The notes beneath the pieces are model-generated. The model did no database searches. It was not told where the DNA came from and was given only the letters and a program-made list of their open reading frames with translations. Of a stretch of 64,000 bases of DNA, positions 60,887-64,000 are shown piece after piece. Source of the stretch: Octopus sinensis (lineage: Eukaryota); assembly GCF_006345805.1 (NCBI RefSeq), contig NC_042997.1:206212001-206276000 (forward strand), given 5' to 3'. Every line of letters starts with the position of its first letter. Positions within the stretch are counted from its first letter, which is position 1. A program made the position numbers and the translations under genes.

Positions 60887-61790
60887 GAGTGAGAGAGCAG
60901 TGCATGCCATCAAAGTGACACTGGGGTAAAATATACGGAGCCCAGTATACCCATCATGACTACCCGTCTGATAAGGGTACAACAGGCACATGCATCACTA
61001 CCATATGTGCGCGACATGGTGATCTCATATCAAGATAAACAGCACATGACATCGCTGGTGGGGCCCAGTTAGAATTTTCTTCAGGTTGAGTAACCCATCC
61101 CGCTCAAAAGGTCTCTGAATAAGAGTTGTTTAAGGATGTTGAACGAACCACCCATGTTTCCAAAGGTGAATTATCCAAATCTCCAAGAATTCCTTTCAAC
61201 ACACGGCTATTATTATTATTATTATTATTATTGAGTGAGAGAGCAGTGCATGCCATCAAAGTGACACTGGGGTAAAATATACGAAGCCCAGCATACCCAT
61301 CATGACTACCCGTCTGATAAGGGTACACCAGGCACATGCATCACAACCATATGTGCGCGACACGGTGATCTCATATCAAGATAAACAGCACATGACCTTG
61401 CAGGTGGGGCCCAGTTAGAATTTTCTTCAGGTCGAGTAGCCCATCCTGCTCAAAAGGTCCCTGAATAAGGGTTGCTTTAGGATGTTGAACGAAACACCTA
61501 TGTTTCCAAAGGTGAATTATTCAAACTCCAAAGAATCCCTCTCAACACATGGCTATGATGCTCCCCCACTACTTCTGCTCGTGATCAGAGATGCACGTAT
61601 TGTCAGCCACTAAGGGACATGCTCAACTGGTTAAGGTCAAACAACTGACAAGCAAATCTGTGGTATTGAGCAGAATATTTGCTGCAGCCCATCTTTTATA
61701 CCAAGACAAAACAATGTACATGATGACACTTCCAATCATTTAAGATCAGAAGCCATGAGAGTCACTGCCTGGTACTGCATCAGGGCATTT
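60887..61790. mobile_element. Two tandem copies of a non-coding element embedded in (TAT)n
   Basis: Copy 1 at 60887-61208 (truncated), copy 2 at 61233-61790; each bounded by TAT repeats. Confidence 0.8.
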
Positions 61791-61846
<56 letters not shown>

Positions 61847-61947
61847 GGTAATGAACTAGCAGAATTGTTAGCACGTCAGGCAAAATGCCTGATGGTATTC
61901 CATCGGTCTTTATTATAATTATTATTATTATTATTATCATTATTATT

Positions 61948-62007
<60 letters not shown>

Positions 62008-62071
62008 TAGGTAGCGAACTAGCAGAATTGTTAGTAGGTCAGGCAAAATGCCTGATGGTATTCCATCGGTC

Positions 62072-62106
<35 letters not shown>

Positions 62107-63225
62107 CATTATTATTATTATTTTGTTGTTGTTGTTGTTGTTATAATGTGAGAAGCTTATTGAATCAGTAGCACGCCAGACAAAATGCTTAGCAACATGT
62201 CATCCATTTATGCAGTCTGAGTTCAGTCATCTGTGAATAACTTTGCCTTTCATCCTTTCAGGGTCAATAAAATGAATACTGGTCAAGCACTGACCAGTAT
62301 TCATTTTGATGTGATGGACAAGCCCCCTCCTTTAAAATTTCAGGCCTTGTGCCTATAATCGAAAGGATTATTATTATTGTTGTTGTTGTTGTTCCCTAAC
62401 ACAGAGCTTTTATGTTTGGGTTGTATCTTTTGCTTTACTATTCAGCATATTAACAATCCCAAAACCATTGCTAACGGTCCAGGAGAGGCATACTAGCCCA
62501 GACTTGGCTTGGCACATATGGTTACACTTTTTTACTCTTTTACTTGTTTCACTCATTTGACCGTGGCCATGCTGGAGCACCACCCTTAGTCGAGCAAATC
62601 AACCCCAGGACTTATTCTTTGTAAGCCTAGTACTTATTCTATCGGTCTCTTTTGCTGAACCACTAGGTTATGGGAACGTAAACACACTAGTATCAGTTGT
62701 CAAGTGATGTTGGGGGGACAAACATACACACACACACACACACACACATACATATATATGACGGGCTTCTTTCAGTTTCTGTCTACCAAATCCACTCACA
62801 AGGCTTTGGTTAGCCCAAGGCTATAGTAGAAGACACTTGCCCAAGGTACTATGCAGTGGGACTGAACCAGGAACCATGTGGTTCGTAAGCAAGCTACTTA
62901 CCACACAGCCACTCCTTGTTGAAGAAAAGCAAGACTTAGTAGTTCAATAGCAGCGGAAGATGAAAGATATGTCTTGTCAAGAAAAAGCATTACATTCAAG
63001 AACTCTCTTCATCCACACACTTAACTAAAACCTAAACTGCAAGGGTGAGGTTTAATGCTCCGGCCCATATGAAAGGATTATAAACATTAGGACTTTGACT
63101 ATCAGTCTCTCCACTACCACAAGTGAAAGTCCACGACAGAGTTGAGCTACTTTAACCATATGAATATAAACATAAACAAGATGTGTTCAGAAGATGTCTG
63201 ACCTTTAGACATACAGAAAACCCCT

Positions 63226-63520
63226 TTGTACGTTTCACAAATTTTATTTAATCACCTTCAAAATATCCCCAGTGGGAGTTCACAATTTTCTCCCAGACCT
63301 TCTGTTGCTACTGGTAACACTTCTGGAGTGCCTTTCCTGGAATACTATGAAACTCTGTTGTTACTTTTCACATCATTTCCTCTCGCAGCTGAAATTGTGT
63401 CTCTTTCAGCATGGTTAGCATGGTTTTTAATTTTGTGGAAGAGCCAAAAGTCACGTGGTGCCAAGTCAGGAGTGTAGGAGGCCTGTCAAACAAATGGTGT
63501 GTTGTTCTTGACCAGGAGAT
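63226..63520 (-). mobile_element. Mariner transposase C-terminal remnant
   Basis: cctacactcctgacttggcaccacgtgacttttggctcttccacaaaa = frameshifted YSPDLAP.DFWLFPKLK. Confidence 0.65.
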
Positions 63521-63658
63521 CTTGGATTTGACTCTCTTATTGCACTGACACTCCCCACATGCACAGATCATTCATTAAAATGGAATGCATTATTTTCACA
63601 GCTTCCACAAACCAGATGTGGAACTTGCTGACAGAAAGCTACTGCAACTTTTCCATAC

Positions 63659-63739
63659 CAACCACTCTGATGAGCACAGTCTTAGATAATCACCTAATTA
63701 CCCAATATCAGGTGCAAAACAAATTTGTAAGAATGGTTG
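63659..63739 (+). ncRNA. Type I hammerhead ribozyme with a G12A core change
   Basis: CAACCACU-CUGAUGA-GCAC..GUGC-AAAA-C(AAAUUU)GUA-AG(aa)UGGUUG. Confidence 0.6.
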
Positions 63740-63771
63740 AAATAGATTTATAATACTGAATAGTTTACGCT

Positions 63772-64000
63772 TAATATGTCCCCTCCGTGGTGGGGACACT
63801 GGCAACGGGTAGTGTCAGAGCTATGCCGTCGGGAACTTCGGTTCCTGGTAGGGCCACCCAAGGCGGATTGGTCTGACACCGAGTGATATTAGGGCCACAA
63901 CCTGGCAGACGGGGCTCTGGTAAAAATCCTCTGAGTGTCTGCTTTGGTAACTGGCGGCTCCTTGGTCGTTCTGTCTCTGCGTCTGCGTACAATCTGCGGC
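63772..64000 (+). mobile_element. 5' end of an RTE-clade element (Rex3/BovB-like 5'UTR), truncated by the window end
   Basis: GC-rich onset; gagctatgccgt..ggtagggccacccaaggcgga resembles RTE 5' leaders as recalled, not searched. Confidence 0.55.

Noticed and set aside
63610-63750. Plus-strand coding exon after the ttttcacag acceptor
   Set aside because: No recognisable protein in any frame; the sequence is better explained by the hammerhead fold.
63881-63905. TTAGGGCCAC resembling a pistol ribozyme
   Set aside because: No CCCTAA pseudoknot partner and no complete P1.

Overview
AT-rich, microsatellite-dense animal genomic DNA, most likely a cephalopod (Octopus-like; inferred from the RTE, CR1, R4/Dong, Penelope and tRNA-SINE repertoire, not proven). 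Most of the window is decayed transposable elements, and there is one 100-N assembly gap (25757-25856). Most ORFs in the supplied track are TE fragments or microsatellite artefacts. The host content is a macro-PARP (PARP14/PARP15-like) locus on the minus strand. Four phase-consistent exons encode WWE + ADP-ribosyltransferase (25547-25756, 12134-12267, 11272-11449, 6354-6619; H-Y-I triad, so predicted mono-ART). Two macrodomain exons lie further upstream (41793-42025, 40984-41181); the second runs into an RTE 3'UTR and hits a stop. Two homologous non-coding first-exon/promoter units lie in opposite orientation (31264-31433 minus; ~43935-44111 plus). Both retain a STAT/GAS palindrome, and ISRE/IRF-type motifs lie nearby. 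A plus-strand ATG micro-exon (MAEK, 51073-51107) follows the second unit. This suggests a divergently arranged, possibly immune-inducible PARP paralogue cluster. Five type I hammerhead ribozyme motifs were found by eye, mostly at Penelope-like termini: one with an intact core at 17325-17367 and four decayed. All calls are manual; no database searches were run, and TE boundaries are approximate.
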